A DNA stretch of 63,088 nt, counting the filler, from Thraustochytrium aureum (lineage: Eukaryota): NCBI GenBank assembly GCA_012862495.1. It is 6 parts of 4 records of this genome, joined end to end, with 100 filler letters (N's around TTAATTAATTAA, not from the genome) between each part and the next. Parts side by side here need not be neighbours in the genome. Positions count along the whole stretch, not along the records: positions 1 to 31,054 come from BLSG01000240.1; positions 31,155 to 52,146 come from BLSG01000241.1; 4 more parts are not named here. The stretch is one strand, 5' to 3'. Every line of letters begins with the position of its first letter. Position 1 is the stretch's first letter. The translations under genes were made by a program, and so were the position numbers. Below, in pieces: positions 23,670-35,806 of this stretch. A model generated the notes under the pieces. The model was not told the DNA's origin and made no database searches. It was given only the letters and a program-made list of their open reading frames with translations.

Positions 23670-26600
23670 TTAGGCTTCGTCTGCGTCCTCGCCGTGGTCC
23701 GTGTCAGAGTCGCCGGCTGAGCCAGCAGGCAGCGCGGCTGACGAGCTGGGGCCGATCGCGTCGTTCTGGTCCTGGGCTGAATCTTGGCGCGCCCCCAGGA
23801 AACTGGCAGACGTTGCACCATCGTTAATGCTATTGGGGCGTTCAGAGTCCTGTGCGTCGTCCTCGTCGTCGTTGCCTTCAAAATCTTCCTGAATAGCTGT
23901 CATCTTTGGCACATACTCCTGCAAGTCTAGCCGGGTAGCCCCCGAAGTGAGCTGACGGCTGTCTTCGTCATCCATGGCGTAGCCCGAAGCACCCGCCTCA
24001 GATATCTCGCCCGATTTTCCGTGGCCGAAAGCGCCAAACGTGAGCGCGTGGGCCCCCCGCTGCAGGCCGTCCCCAATGCTTGGAACGTCGATGTCAAAGA
24101 GCGGTTTGAGTCGCTGGAAGGCCGAGCTGAACGCCCCGCTCCCGCTCGAACTGCTGACGTTCTTTGAAAGCCGGAGCGCCCGGCTGGATGGGCTGGTGCC
24201 GCTCTGCGATGGAGTGGCCTCCGAATCTGGTCTCTGCACTGGCGCACCCTCCCGGTGGCTTGTGTGGTCTTCGACAGCCTTTCGAAGCTGCTTCGCTCCA
24301 ATATGAAGCGGGAGGACCGTGAGCTTTCCAAACTCCTCGAGGACCTTGAAAGCGTCCTGGTGCGCAGCCCGAGCGTGCTTCTGGCCCTCGTAGTAGCCAC
24401 GGTCTTGCTCCATAAGCAAATCCAAGGGTCGCGGGAAAATCTCGCGGTTGATGTACCTTACGATCATCTCCAAGATGACCACAGAAGCGAGGGCGAGGAT
24501 GACGCCGCTCCAAACACTGGGGCCGACCTGAGGAGAGTACACGATGGGCGGGGTGGTGGAGATGGCCATGAAGATCATAAAGATGCCAAAGTCCAGGATG
24601 AAAACGAGGATGGTGATGCTCGTGTATGTGGTGCCCACGATGAGTGTCCGCGTGTAGAGAACGAGGAGGAGGCCCACGTACACGTTCGTCCCGAGCACGT
24701 CGATCGAAATCCCCATTGGGCTAATGCGGAAGATGAAGCCCCAGATGAGGAGGGTGTGCGCCGCAGCGCGGAGGAAGATGCGGACCAAGCGCGAGTAGTT
24801 GAGGTCGTCGCCGTGCAGGCCGACGGAGTAAGTCCACGGGTTTCGAAGCGCGCTTTCCGCGCTAATGTCCCGGTCAAACCATCCGTGCGCACAAATGACC
24901 ACGTTGGCGAAGTAGGCAAACACGGAGGTGTAGGCGGTGAAATAATAGATCTGCTGGCCGGACCACAGCGTGTATGGCAGGTAAATGAAGAGGAGAAAGG
25001 TGTACATGAGCCACGAGTAGGTCACAAACGAGATCACGTTGGCCTGGCGACGGTAGTTCCACCGTCCGTGCTGCAAGTCGTTGTAAGTAGCGCCAAGGCG
25101 TCAATTGCCCGTTAGTATGGAACAGGGAGCCGACAGCAGCAAAGCAGGCCGCATCGAGAGCTTGGAAGCACCGCAAAGCAAGGCAAGGCACGGCTAAAGA
25201 AGAAATAAATCAACCAGCGAAACGCGCACCGGCGTCACGGCCGATCGACGCCCAAAAGCCACAAACAAACAACGTACCACCAGCATCATGCGAACCAAAA
25301 ACCGGAACTGCGCAATGGCGAAATCCGCACTGTTGACCGCCTGCCGCCCCTCGTGGCCGCTGATACCAACACCAACGTGGGCGGCCTGGATCATGGGAAC
25401 GTCGTTCGCGCCGTCCCCAATAGCAAGCGTGACCGGATCGCGGCGGCCCTTGTTGTCGGGGGCATACCGCACCATCTCGACGATGAGCGACTTTTGCGCC
25501 GGGCTGACACGGCAGGCCAGGACAACCTTGCAGAAGCGGGCAACCTTGAGCAACTTGGCCTCGAGCACTGGCGTACCCTTCTGCTTTGAGAGAATCGCCT
25601 CGAGCGCCAGCCCGGACAGAATAAGGGCCACATTGGCTTGGATCTCGACGTTGTGATTCACAGCTTGAATGAACTGCTCCAGAGGTCGCCAAATACAGTC
25701 CCACAACCCGCCGCGGCTTGGGTCCGCGACGGCAACAGAGGCGTTGTTGGCAGTCTCCTCGATGTCGCGCCGCAGCATGGTGAGCTCCTCTTGGCAGGGG
25801 CCCTCGACGATCACGTCGTTCTCTGGCCCGTCGCTCTGCTTCGAGGTCGCTGCTGCAATCACCGCGAGAATTTCGTCGAGCTGGTTCTCGAGCTCGACGA
25901 GGTCCCCAGACACAAGTTTGAGCTGGAGCATCTCCGAGTCGAGCAGATTGGAGGAGAGGCCGATGTTGATGGCGGTCTCGATCTTGTCCCCCGTGAGAAC
26001 CCAGACTTGAATTCCCGCGTCGCGGAGGCTCTGAATGGCCTCGGGGACCCCGAGCTGCAGCTGGTCCTCGATCGCGCTGGCCCCCAGTAGCGTGAGGTCG
26101 CGCTCGATTTTCTCGGCGGCGGCTGCGATGGCGCCTCCGCGCTCCGAGTTGGGCGCGACTAGGGCCTCTTTGTACTCCTTCTCCCAAGCGACAAACTCGT
26201 CTTCCTCGAGCGTCTTGCTGGCCATGACCAAGGTGCGGAGCCCGTTCCACGAGTACTGGGTGAGGGCCTCCTGCATCGCCTCGATTTCATCCTCTTGGCC
26301 AGGCTTGATCCGCTCAAGCATCTTGTTGTCTGCACCCTTCATCAACAGGTAGATCGAGCTCGAGGTGACGCAGTTGACCACGAGCGACATGCGCTTCCGC
26401 GTGCTGTTGAACGGGTTGATGGCAAGGACCTTGTAGGTCCGCTCGCCGGTAGGGGTGCTGATCTTGATGAGGCCGTCCGAGGTGCTCTCGAGGTTTACCC
26501 CCACAACTCCGGCCGCCTTGACAAAGGCCTCCTCATCGGGCGACTCGGCGTTGAGCACGACGTTCCCAGCCTCGTCGTAGTCGATCACCACCGTGTGGCA

Positions 26601-28519
26601 CACGGCAAGCAGGAGGAAGAACTCGAAGACGCGCTGCTTCTCGAGCGAGTCTGCCTCGTTGTGCAGGATCTCGATCACGTCCTTGAACACCTCGTCGAGT
26701 TGGAGCGACTTGATGCTCGTCTCAGACCCGGCCCCATCGGCGTCATCGACCTCGGACCGACTGCTCTGGCCGCTCGCCGCGAGCTGCGAGTCTGCTAGTC
26801 CCGAATCGCCCAGACTGGCAACCTCTACCTTGATTTGAAGCTCCTCGCCGGGTGGCTCGGATCTGCCTTGCACCGACTTGTTGCCGACTTGCTCACCCGC
26901 ATCCACGGCGCCGTCCTCAGTGTTGACGTGCGGAGGCACATAGCCGTACATCTGCTTGTTGACGAAGCAGCCGATGAGCTTCATCCTGTTCCGCGTGAGC
27001 GTGCCCGTCTTGTCGCTAAAGATGTGCGAGATCTGGCCGATCTCAGCCACGAGGTTGCCCGCTTGGCACACAGCGGGGGTGTCGGTCGCCGCGTGGTAGA
27101 GGTGCAAATCGCTCTGAAGAATCATCTGGGCGTAAAAGTTTAGTACCTCCACGATGATGATGATGGGGATGGGGATGATGCTCGAGAAGAGGATAGTGAA
27201 GGTGAAGAAGAAGGCGATCGGCCCCTCCACGGCAAACGAGTCGGTCGAGCTCGTGTACCCAAAGTACCAGTACGCCGAGGTGTCTGGCGTTGTGAGGAAC
27301 AAAAGCACGTCAGCGAGAATGACCATCGCGAAGAAGAGCATGAGGACACCGGTGAGGATCTTGTTCATGAACAAGTCGATCCGGCTGAACTTGACCGAGC
27401 CCTTGTGCTTGGAGAGCGCGAGCTTGGTCTCTGGCCCAGCGTACACGACAAGGCCGATGATCCACTTGGTGTTGCGAAGCTGCGAGCCACGCAGGAGGAT
27501 GTTCTTGAAGTCAATCGGGTGCTTCGCGGCGCTGTCCCCCGCCTCGGACGCGTTGAGCGGTGTAAACGCGCCGTTGAACCCCAAAAACACATTCGGTTGC
27601 TCGTACTCGTAGGAGCCGGCAGAAGCACGGTAAACAACTGGGCCATCGCCGACTTGCGCTGGGCTAGGAATGCCGTTGAGGACATTTCGCGCACAAGCTG
27701 CCGCGAGGTCCCTCGCACGCTAAGCAGGCTCTCCCGCACGTCCGCATTGTTCATCATGCGATCTACCATGAAGGAGGGAACCTCTTTGATCTTGAGGTTG
27801 GTCTCGCCGTCTATACCGCTCGTTTCGATGTAGCAGGTCGACCCCTTCTTGTCCGCGCCGAAGCTGCACAGCACGATCATGTCGGCAGGGACGGCCTCGC
27901 GGTCGTTCACAAATACAAGGTCGCCCGGAAGGATGTCCCCCCACTGGCACTCCTCAATCTCGCCGGCGCGGATGCGGCTCGATTTGGCCCTGTTCGTCTG
28001 CCGGTCGCGCATGTGCCGGTTCAGGTCGTCCTTGCCTTCAAAGATGAGAGCCACGCCGACTACGACGACTAATAGGATGACAATTGTGATCGGGTTGAAC
28101 GAGACAATCCAGAGGTTGTTGCCGTAGAACCCGGCGAATGCCAGGATGCCGATGGCAAGGTAGAATGCGTTTGTGAACCGCTTGAACTGCATGATGGAGG
28201 CAAGCGGCAGAAAGGTCCACACTGTGTACTTTGAGGTTATCACCGTGTTGGTTTTGCGCGGTTGGGCGCCAGCGCTTCTCTGCTCGGCCACAAAGGTGCG
28301 GGTCAGGGGTACTTGGAGGGTGATCGTCTTGAGATTTTCGCCCTTTTTCGGCTGCACCACGGGCTTGGAGAAGCACTGTCCGAGCCCAAGCATCCTCATC
28401 ACTTTGCCTCCGCGGTCGAGCGTCTCAACGGTGGCCTGGTCGCCGCCCATCGCCCGCAGCACGTCCTCTTTGTTGGTGGTGAGTCCTCGCCCGTCCCGCG
28501 TCGCCTCATTGTTCACCAT
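23670..28519 (-). CDS. Phospholipid-transporting P-type ATPase (P4 flippase); frameshift at about 27620, intron 25071-25277
   Basis: ITSKY, IDGETNLK, LLRGSQLRNT, FSDKTGTLT, SPDE, FNSTRKRMS, KGAD, WVLTGDKIETA, CRVSPAQK and LAIGDGAND. Splicing restores LVHGRWNY. Confidence 0.95.
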
Positions 28520-28757
28520 CGTGTCCGGTCGCAACCCGCGCGCAGCGGCCTCTCCCGGTCCGAGCGCCGTCCGAGCGCTGTCAAGCCCTCGCGGCTGCGC
28601 GCGCACGCTCTGGGCCCAACCCAACGCCCTCGTAAGGTGTCCCAGCCCTTTCGCTCGCCCCGCACTTCGAACCAAGCGATCCCGGCGCGGCGCACACAAA
28701 CCCCAACCACGCTCCTCGTCTGCCTGCGCGCCTGCCTGGCTGCCTGGCTGCCTCTCC

Positions 28758-28790
<33 letters not shown>

Positions 28791-29660
28791 GCTGGCGGCC
28801 TGCGCGTTGCCTCTGCTGCCCTCGATGCGGATCTGCTCGTCGCGAATCGGTGGCACTCTGCCCAACCCGGCGGTGATCTTGTTGGGAGTAGAGTAGTAAG
28901 GAGTTCGATGGGCTCATGAGAGACAGCAGGGGCGGCCTGCCTGCCTCAAGGAGCAACGCCTCCAATACTCCGCCTCACGCCTGCCTGTTGGTTGGTTGGG
29001 CCTGTTCTTGAAATCAATCAAGTTGGNNNNNNNNNNNNNNNNNNNNNNNNNNNNNNNNNNNNNNNNNNNNNNNNNNNNNNNNNNNNNNNNNNNNNNNNNN
29101 NNNNNNNNNNNNNNNNNNNNNNNNNNNNNNNNNNNNNNNNNNNNNNNNNNNNNNNNNNNNNNNNNNNNNNNNNNNNNNNNNNNNNNNNNNNNNNNNNNNN
29201 NNNNNNNNNNNNNNNNNNNNNNNNNNNNNNNNNNNNNNNNNNNNNNNNNNNNNNNNNNNNNNNNNNNNNNNNNNNNNNNNNNNNNNNNNNNNNNNNNNNN
29301 NNNNNNNNNNNNNNNNNNNNNNNNNNNNNNNNNNNNNNNNNNNNNNNNNNNNNNNNNNNNNNNNNNNNNNNNNNNNNNNNNNNNNNNNNNNNNNNNNNNN
29401 NNNNNNNNNNNNNNNNNNNNNNNNNNNNNNNNNNNNNNNNNNNNNNNNNNNNNNNNNNNNNNNNNNNNNNNNNNNNNNNNNNNNNNNNNNNNNNNNNNNN
29501 NNNNNNNNNNNNNNNNNNNNNNNNNNNNNNNNNNNNNNNNNNNNNNNNNNNNNNNNNNNNNNNNNNNNNNNNNNNNNNNNNNNNNNNNNNNNNNNNNNNN
29601 NNNNNNNNNNNNNNNNNNNNNNNNNNNNNNNNNNNNNNNNNNNNNNNNNNNNNNNNNNGG

Positions 29661-29990
29661 GCCGCGGAGCGACTCGCGATGCTCGAGAAGAAGAAGGCAG
29701 ACAAGGCCGCGGAACTGATGCTCCGCCTCTCCGTCGAAGGCGGCGGCTGCTCTGGGTTTTCGTACGTCTTTGACGTGACCTCGGAGCCGCCGCGCGAAGA
29801 CGACGTCGTCTTTGAGAATCACGGCAAGCGTTTGGTGGTCGACGAGACGTCACTGGAGCTCGTCCGCGGCTCGACGGTAGACTTCACGGAGGACCTGATC
29901 CGCCGATCCTTCGAGGTCGTGGACAACCCAAACGCCGAGTCAGGCTGCGGGTGTGGCTCGAGCTTTGCCGCCAAAATGGGCGACATATAG
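29661..29990 (+). CDS. ISCA2: Iron-sulfur cluster assembly A-type carrier, 5' end lost in gap
   Basis: [22 protein letters not shown] and [14 protein letters not shown]. Confidence 0.9.
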   Translation, partial: AAERLAMLEKKKADKAAELMLRLSVEGGGCSGFSYVFDVTSEPPREDDVVFENHGKRLVVDETSLELVRGSTVDFTEDLIRRSFEVVDNPNAESGCGCGSSFAAKMGDI

Positions 29991-30151
29991 CGCGGGCTGG
30001 TTGGATCGTCATGATAAAGTAAGAAAGAGTTTGAAAAAGCGCACAGCGGCCTGGGGCATTTGCAAGGCCGAACCCCAGTGTTTCCTACCCGAAACCGCCT
30101 TGAAAAAGGCGCAGCGACTCTTTCAGGCCCGTCGCGGCGCGCGCATGGCGC

Positions 30152-30889
30152 TCAGTTCTTGGCAGGAAAGAACGTGTAGCTGAGCACAATGTTCTTGACA
30201 CCGTTCATTTGAGGGTCGTCCGCGAATGTCGGGTCGATGTAAAAGAAGACAGGCATGTCCACCTCTTCGCCCGGGCGCAAACGCTGTTGGTCAAAGCAAA
30301 AGCACTGGATCTTGTTGAAGTAGAGGCCCGCCTTGGACGGCGTGATGTTGTAGGTTGCCACGCCCGTGACGGCCTCGTTACTCGTGTTGTGCGCCGTGTA
30401 GAATGCAAGCGCAGTCTCTCCGGGAACGACGCGGACCTCGTACTGCTGCGGCTTGAACGACCAGGGCATGCTGTCCGAGGTTGTCGCCGCGAATCGCACC
30501 GTGATAGGCGCTGCACCAGGCACAGGGACCATCTTCTTCGCCTGCTCAAGGGTGACTTGCCGCGTCGTGCCCCCAAACCCGGTGACTTGGCAAAACACCT
30601 TGTAGAGAGGGACGGCAGCATAGCTCACGCCGACGCCGACAACGACTACCGAGACGAGATAAAGCACTGCGCTCTGGTTTCGTTTCTTGGCAGCGTCGCT
30701 CTCTCCTTGGGCGGCGCGCCCTGTCAACAGCCGTCGTGGCACGCCCCGGTTGGCTGCCACAAAGTCAGCTGTCCTCCAAGGTGCCACACGGCCCAGTGGC
30801 AGCTCGGCGCGGCCCCGTGCGCTCCGCTGGCTCGCGGCGCGGCCGACAAAGGGCGCCAAGCGCTTCCCAAGAGCGGCTCGGGCGAGCAT
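30152..30889 (-). CDS. COX11: Cytochrome c oxidase copper chaperone
   Basis: Presequence, single TM, YAAVPLYKVFCQVTG, PGETALAFY, YFNKIQCFCF and LSYTFF. Confidence 0.97.
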   Translation of the reverse strand: MLARAALGKRLAPFVGRAASQRSARGRAELPLGRVAPWRTADFVAANRGVPRRLLTGRAAQGESDAAKKRNQSAVLYLVSVVVVGVGVSYAAVPLYKVFCQVTGFGGTTRQVTLEQAKKMVPVPGAAPITVRFAATTSDSMPWSFKPQQYEVRVVPGETALAFYTAHNTSNEAVTGVATYNITPSKAGLYFNKIQCFCFDQQRLRPGEEVDMPVFFYIDPTFADDPQMNGVKNIVLSYTFFPAKN

Positions 30890-31098
30890 TCTGCAGTAGA
30901 GGCCGCTCGCTTCACCGGCGTTCTCGCGGCAGCGGCAGCAAGTGCGACCGCCCTGAGCGGGTCCTTACGACGGCCACGCGGCCTCGCGTTCCTTGGACAG
31001 GCCCCGCGCAGCTGCCTCGCGGACTTGCCGGCAACGTCTGACACGCTCCAAACGNNNNNNNNNNNNNNNNNNNNNNNNNNNNNNNNNNNNNNNNNNNN

Positions 31099-31110
31099 TT
31101 AATTAATTAA
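31099..31110. other. Artificial scaffold linker TTAATTAATTAA within 44 N + 44 N (also at 52191-52202, 55920-55931, 57496-57507 and 61913-61924)
   Basis: The same six-frame-stop 12-mer sits centred in a roughly 100-nt spacer five times. Confidence 0.97.
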
Positions 31111-31155
31111 NNNNNNNNNNNNNNNNNNNNNNNNNNNNNNNNNNNNNNNNNNNNT

Positions 31156-33622
31156 GAGGAGGAGCTCAAGATGCACCAGGCCGAGGAGCGGCGCGAGTTT
31201 GAGCGCAAGCTGCGGCGGTCGCTCGTCCGCCCATCGGCGTACATGCGCTACGCCAAGTGGGAGGAGGGCCAGCTCGAGTTTCGGCGCGCGCGGTCGATCT
31301 ATGAACGCGCACTAGGCGCCGAGCCGGACGACCCCGCCGTGTACGTCAAGTACGCCGAGTTTGAAATGCGCAACAAGTTTGTTAACCACGCAAGAAACGT
31401 GCTGGACCGCGCCGTCCAGCACCTGCCCCGCCAGTCGCAGCTTTGGTACAAGTACGCGCACTTTGAGGAAGCCCTGGGCCAAATCGACAAGGCACGGCTC
31501 GTGTTCGAGCGGTGGATGGCCTGGCACCCGGAGGAGCAGGCTTGGTCGAGCTACGTCAACTTTGAAATGCGGCACGGCGAGGCCGCGCGCGCGCGCGACG
31601 TTTACGAGCGGTTTTGCGGGAGCCAGCCGCGCGCGCGCTCGTACATCAAGTACGCGCGCTGGGAGGAGGGGAATGGCCAGATGGCGCTCGCGCGAGCCGT
31701 GTTTGAGCGCGCGCTGGAGGAGCTGGACCGCACGGAGGCAACGCGCGAGGCCCTCTTTGTCGAGTTTGCGCAGTTTGAGACGCGGTGCGGCGAGCTGGAG
31801 CGCGCGCGGGCCATCTACAAGCAGGCGCTCGACCTGCTCCCCAAGGAGCGCTCGCGCGAGCTGTACGAGGCCTTTGTCGCGTTCGAGCGCCAGCACGGCG
31901 ACCGCGGCAGCATCGAGTCGGTGCTGGTGGCCAAGCGCCGCACCCAGTACGAGCATCAAGTGGCTGCGGCTCCAACAAACTACGACCTCTGGTTTGACTA
32001 CACGCGCCTGGAGGAGGCGCAGGCCCAGGCCGAGGCCAGCGCCGCGCGGAGCTACGTAGCCGCCGTCACCGAGGGCGAGGGCGAGGCCTCCGGGGGCGCT
32101 GCGCTCTTCAAAGACAAGGCGTACGCTGCCAAAGTGGTCGACGAGGCGCGCCAGCGCGTGCGGGCCGTGTACGAGCGCGCCATAAAGTGCGTGCCGCCCT
32201 CGGACCGCGACAAGGCTCTTTGGCGGCGCTACATTTACCTCTGGATCAACTACGCGCTCTTCGAGGAGACCCAGGTCGGCGACGCCGAGGCCACGCGCGC
32301 TGTGTATAAACGCTGCCTTGACCTCGTGCCGCACAAGCGGTTCACCTTTGCCAAGCTGTGGGTGATGGCGGCGCACTTTGAGCTTCGCCAACGCAACCTG
32401 CGCGGGGCGCGCCTGTTGCTCGGCGAGGCGATCGGCCGCGCGCCGCGCGACAAGGTGTTTCGGGCCTACATTCAGCTCGAGCTCCAGCTCGGCGACGTGG
32501 ACAACTGCAGACGGCTCTATGACAAGTACCTGGAGTTTGCGCCTCACAACTGCTTTGTCTGGCGCAAGTATGCCGAGCTCGAGGTTGCTGTTGGCGAAAC
32601 CGCCCGTGCGCGAGCGATTTTCGAGCTTGCCGTCAACCAGCCCGTTCTCGACATGCCGGAGGCGCTCTGGAAGCGCTACATAGACTTTGAGATCGGGCTC
32701 AAGTCCCGCGCAGGCCGCGCCAAGGCGCGATCGCTCTATGAGCGCCTGCTCGAGCGCACCAACCATGTAAAGGTCTGGATAAGCTTCGCCAAGTTTGAGG
32801 CCCTCGTCGCTGGCGAGCCCGAGCAGGCCAGGACTGTTTTCCGCAAGGCGTACGAGCGGATCAAGGCTGCTCAGGCCGGCGACGACGACCTGGCTGCGAA
32901 GGAAGATCGGGCACTCCTGCTCAAGTCCTGGCTGCAGGTAGAGGAGGACCTGCTCCGTGCCGGCAAGGGTTCCGAGGCGGAGGCGGACNNNNNNNNNNNN
33001 NNNNNNNNNNNNNNNNNNNNNNNNNNNNNNNNNNNNNNNNNNNNNNNNNNNNNNNNNNNNNNNNNNNNNNNNNNNNNNNNNNNNNNNNNNNNNNNNNNNN
33101 NNNNNNNNNNNNNNNNNNNNNNNNNNNNNNNNNNNNNNNNNNNNNNNNNNNNNNNNNNNNNNNNNNNNNNNNNNNNNNNNNNNNNNNNNNNNNNNNNNNN
33201 NNNNNNNNNNNNNNNNNNNNNNNNNNNNNNNNNNNNNNNNNNNNNNNNNNNNNNNNNNNNNNNNNNNNNNNNNNNNNNNNNNNNNNNNNNNNNNNNNNNN
33301 NNNNNNNNNNNNNNNNNNNNNNNNNNNNNNNNNNNNNNNNNNNNNNNNNNNNNNNNNNNNNNNNNNNNNNNNNNNNNNNNNNNNNAAGAAGCGCGAGATT
33401 GACGGTGGCGGGTGGGAGGAGTATTTCGACTTTATGTTTCCGGACGACCCCAAGAAAGGCCTCAAGCTGCTGCAACTCGCGCAAAAGTGGAAGCGCGACA
33501 ACGCCGCAGCCGAGTCCCCTTCTGCCAAGCGCGCGCGTACAGATGGCGTCTCCGCAGCGCCCGCTCCGGGCACGGCTCCGGCGGCTGCGGATCAAAATGA
33601 GATTGACTTGGACGACATTTAG
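31156..33622 (+). CDS. CRNKL1: Crooked neck-like splicing factor (Clf1/SYF3), HAT repeats; 5' truncated, gap 32989-33385
   Basis: RARSIYERAL, EMRNKFVNHARN, NYDLWFDY, WRRYIYLWINYALFEE, PHKRFTFAKLW, LDMPEALWKRYIDFE and WEEYFDFMFPDD. Confidence 0.96.
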
Positions 33623-33885
33623 GCAGCAACGTGGCCGCAAAAAGCGCCCCCCCCCCTCGGCCGCCGCTGCCTGCTCTGCCGCCGAGAAACGACCGGGATG
33701 GACCCGAGTAGAAACCACACTGTGAAAATGAAGGAACAATGGCTCTTGCTTTTCCTCGATCCCAATCGATCCCAAGAGACGTTCTGGCGAGCGCAGAACC
33801 CAGTCCAGCCAGCCAGCCAGCTAGCTCGAATCGGCTGCGTGGTGGGCAAGGGGAGCCACTCGTTCGCACGATAAACGCAACGAGG

Positions 33886-35042
33886 TCAGAAACCACCAAA
33901 TAGGTTGATGATGTAGTCCACTTTGTAGAGCTTGCGGCCGTGCGACGAGCCCACAGAGCTAATATCCAGCAGCGCGAGCGGCATCTCCTCCCGGGAGTAG
34001 AGCGCGTACTTGCCAGGAGCGACGGTCTTGCCAGCTAGCGGGCCCTTCCTGCCGAACAGCACGGGCGTCATGCTGCGCCCGTCCCTGAGCAAGTCGAGCA
34101 AAACGTGTGTCGGCTCTGAGGCTGTGACGCGCCGGAACGACTGCATGAGCTGCTCTGTCGTGTAAAAGCTCTGGCTGAGAGAATAATCGCCCGTAGAGAC
34201 ACGACGCAGCGCAACAAGGTGACCGCGTGTCCCGAGCGCGACAGCGAGGTCGGTGCCGAGTGTCCGAATATACGTCCCAGGACCGCAGGACACCTTGAAC
34301 TCTATCACAGCAGGATCTTCAGGGTCGTACCGACAGTCAAACGAGCCAACACTAACGGTCCTCTCTGGCATGTCGAACTCGGCGTCTGCCCGCGCAAGCT
34401 CGTACGCCCGCACGCCGCCGATGTGAATCGCAGAGTACTTGGGCGGAACCTGCTTGATGTCCCCCGTAAATTGCGAAGCGCACAGCGCGTTGAGCTCATC
34501 GATTGGGGGGAGCTTGGGGACTGGCAGGGACTCGATGACTTGGCCCGTCAAGTCATCCGTGTCAGTCGCGGAGCCGAGTTTCAGCCTGCCAATGTACACT
34601 TTTGGCGAGAGATTCAGGTGGTTACCGAGCCTCGTCTGAAGGCAGAGGGCCAGTGCAAAAATGCGTCAGCGACCCGGCCCGTCGGGAGCCCTTCTGCGGC
34701 AGCTCCTTCGTTGCCACGACATACAGCACTTACCGCGTTGCCGAATGCCACTGGCAACACGCCTGTGGCAAACGGGTCGAGCGTGCCAAAGTGGCCCACT
34801 TTGATGCGCTTCTTGCGCGCAAGGTTTGTCCAGTCCAGCTCATATCCTGACTGCACCTCTAGAAACCGCGTCACCAGATTAAGCCCGAACGTCCTGCTTG
34901 GCACCCCTGCGCTCGGCGCGTCCAGGCGCGGCCGTCAGATCGAGCCCAGCCTCAACCAGCCCCGGCCGCGGCCTCCAACTCACCGCTCGGTTTATCCAGA
35001 ACCATAAGCCCTCCGCGCAGCATCCGTTGTCCCCTGTCGAAC
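33886..35042 (-). CDS. truB: tRNA pseudouridine(55) synthase, TruB family; introns 34907-34983 and 34636-34733; 5' end at gap (possible ATG 35023)
   Basis: Spliced product GLMVLDKPSGVPS..KVGHFGTLDPFATGVLPVAFGNATRL..KVY..G.ATDTDD..QVPPKYSAI..YELAR..GTYIRTL..LRR. Confidence 0.92.
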
Positions 35043-35806
35043 NNNNNNNNNNNNNNNNNNNNNNNNNNNNNNNNNNNNNNNNNNNNNNNNNNNNNNNNNN
35101 NNNNNNNNNNNNNNNNNNNNNNNNNNNNNNNNNNNNNNNNNNNNNNNNNNNNNNNNNNNNNNNNNNNNNNNNNNNNNNNNNNNNNNNNNNNNNNNNNNNN
35201 NNNNNNNNNNNNNNNNNNNNNNNNNNNNNNNNNNNNNNNNNNNNNNNNNNNNNNNNNNNNNNNNNNNNNNNNNNNNNNNNNNNNNNNNNNNNNNNNNNNN
35301 NNNNNNNNNNNNNNNNNNNNNNNNNNNNNNNNNNNNNNNNNNNNNNNNNNNNNNNNNNNNNNNNNNNNNNNNNNNNNNNNNNNNNNNNNNNNNNNNNNNN
35401 NNNNNNNNNNNNNNNNNNNNNNNNNNNNNNNNNNNNNNNNNNNNNNNNNNNNNNNNNNNNNNNNNNNNNNNNNNNNNNNNNNNNNNNNNNNNNNNNNNNN
35501 NNNNNNNNNNNNNNNNNNNNNNNNNNNNNNNNNNNNNNNNNNNNNNNNNNNNNNNNNNNNNNNNNNNNNNNNNNNNNNNNNNNNNNNNNNNNNNNNNNNN
35601 NNNNNNNNNNNNNNNNNNNNNNNNNNNNNNNNNNNNNNNNNNNNNNNNNNNNNNNGACGAGCTCGTGGACGTACGTGATACCGACGCGTCGCGGAGCTCA
35701 AATTCTCGAGCACCTCTGACACGTTGGTGGCCGAGGACCTGGGCGTGGTCGGTGTCGTTGGGTTGTGGATGGACGCGACGCGGTCGCGGGACGGGCCCGG
35801 GCTGGG

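Noticed and set aside
29661..30889. ISCA2-COX11 as a mitochondrial operon-like cluster
   Set aside because: The genes are convergent, and two neighbours in a dense genome can be chance.
31055..31154. TTAATTAATTAA as a biological repeat or piggyBac target site
   Set aside because: It is always centred in N runs and has stops in all six frames, so it is an assembly linker. Gene adjacency across it is unproven.
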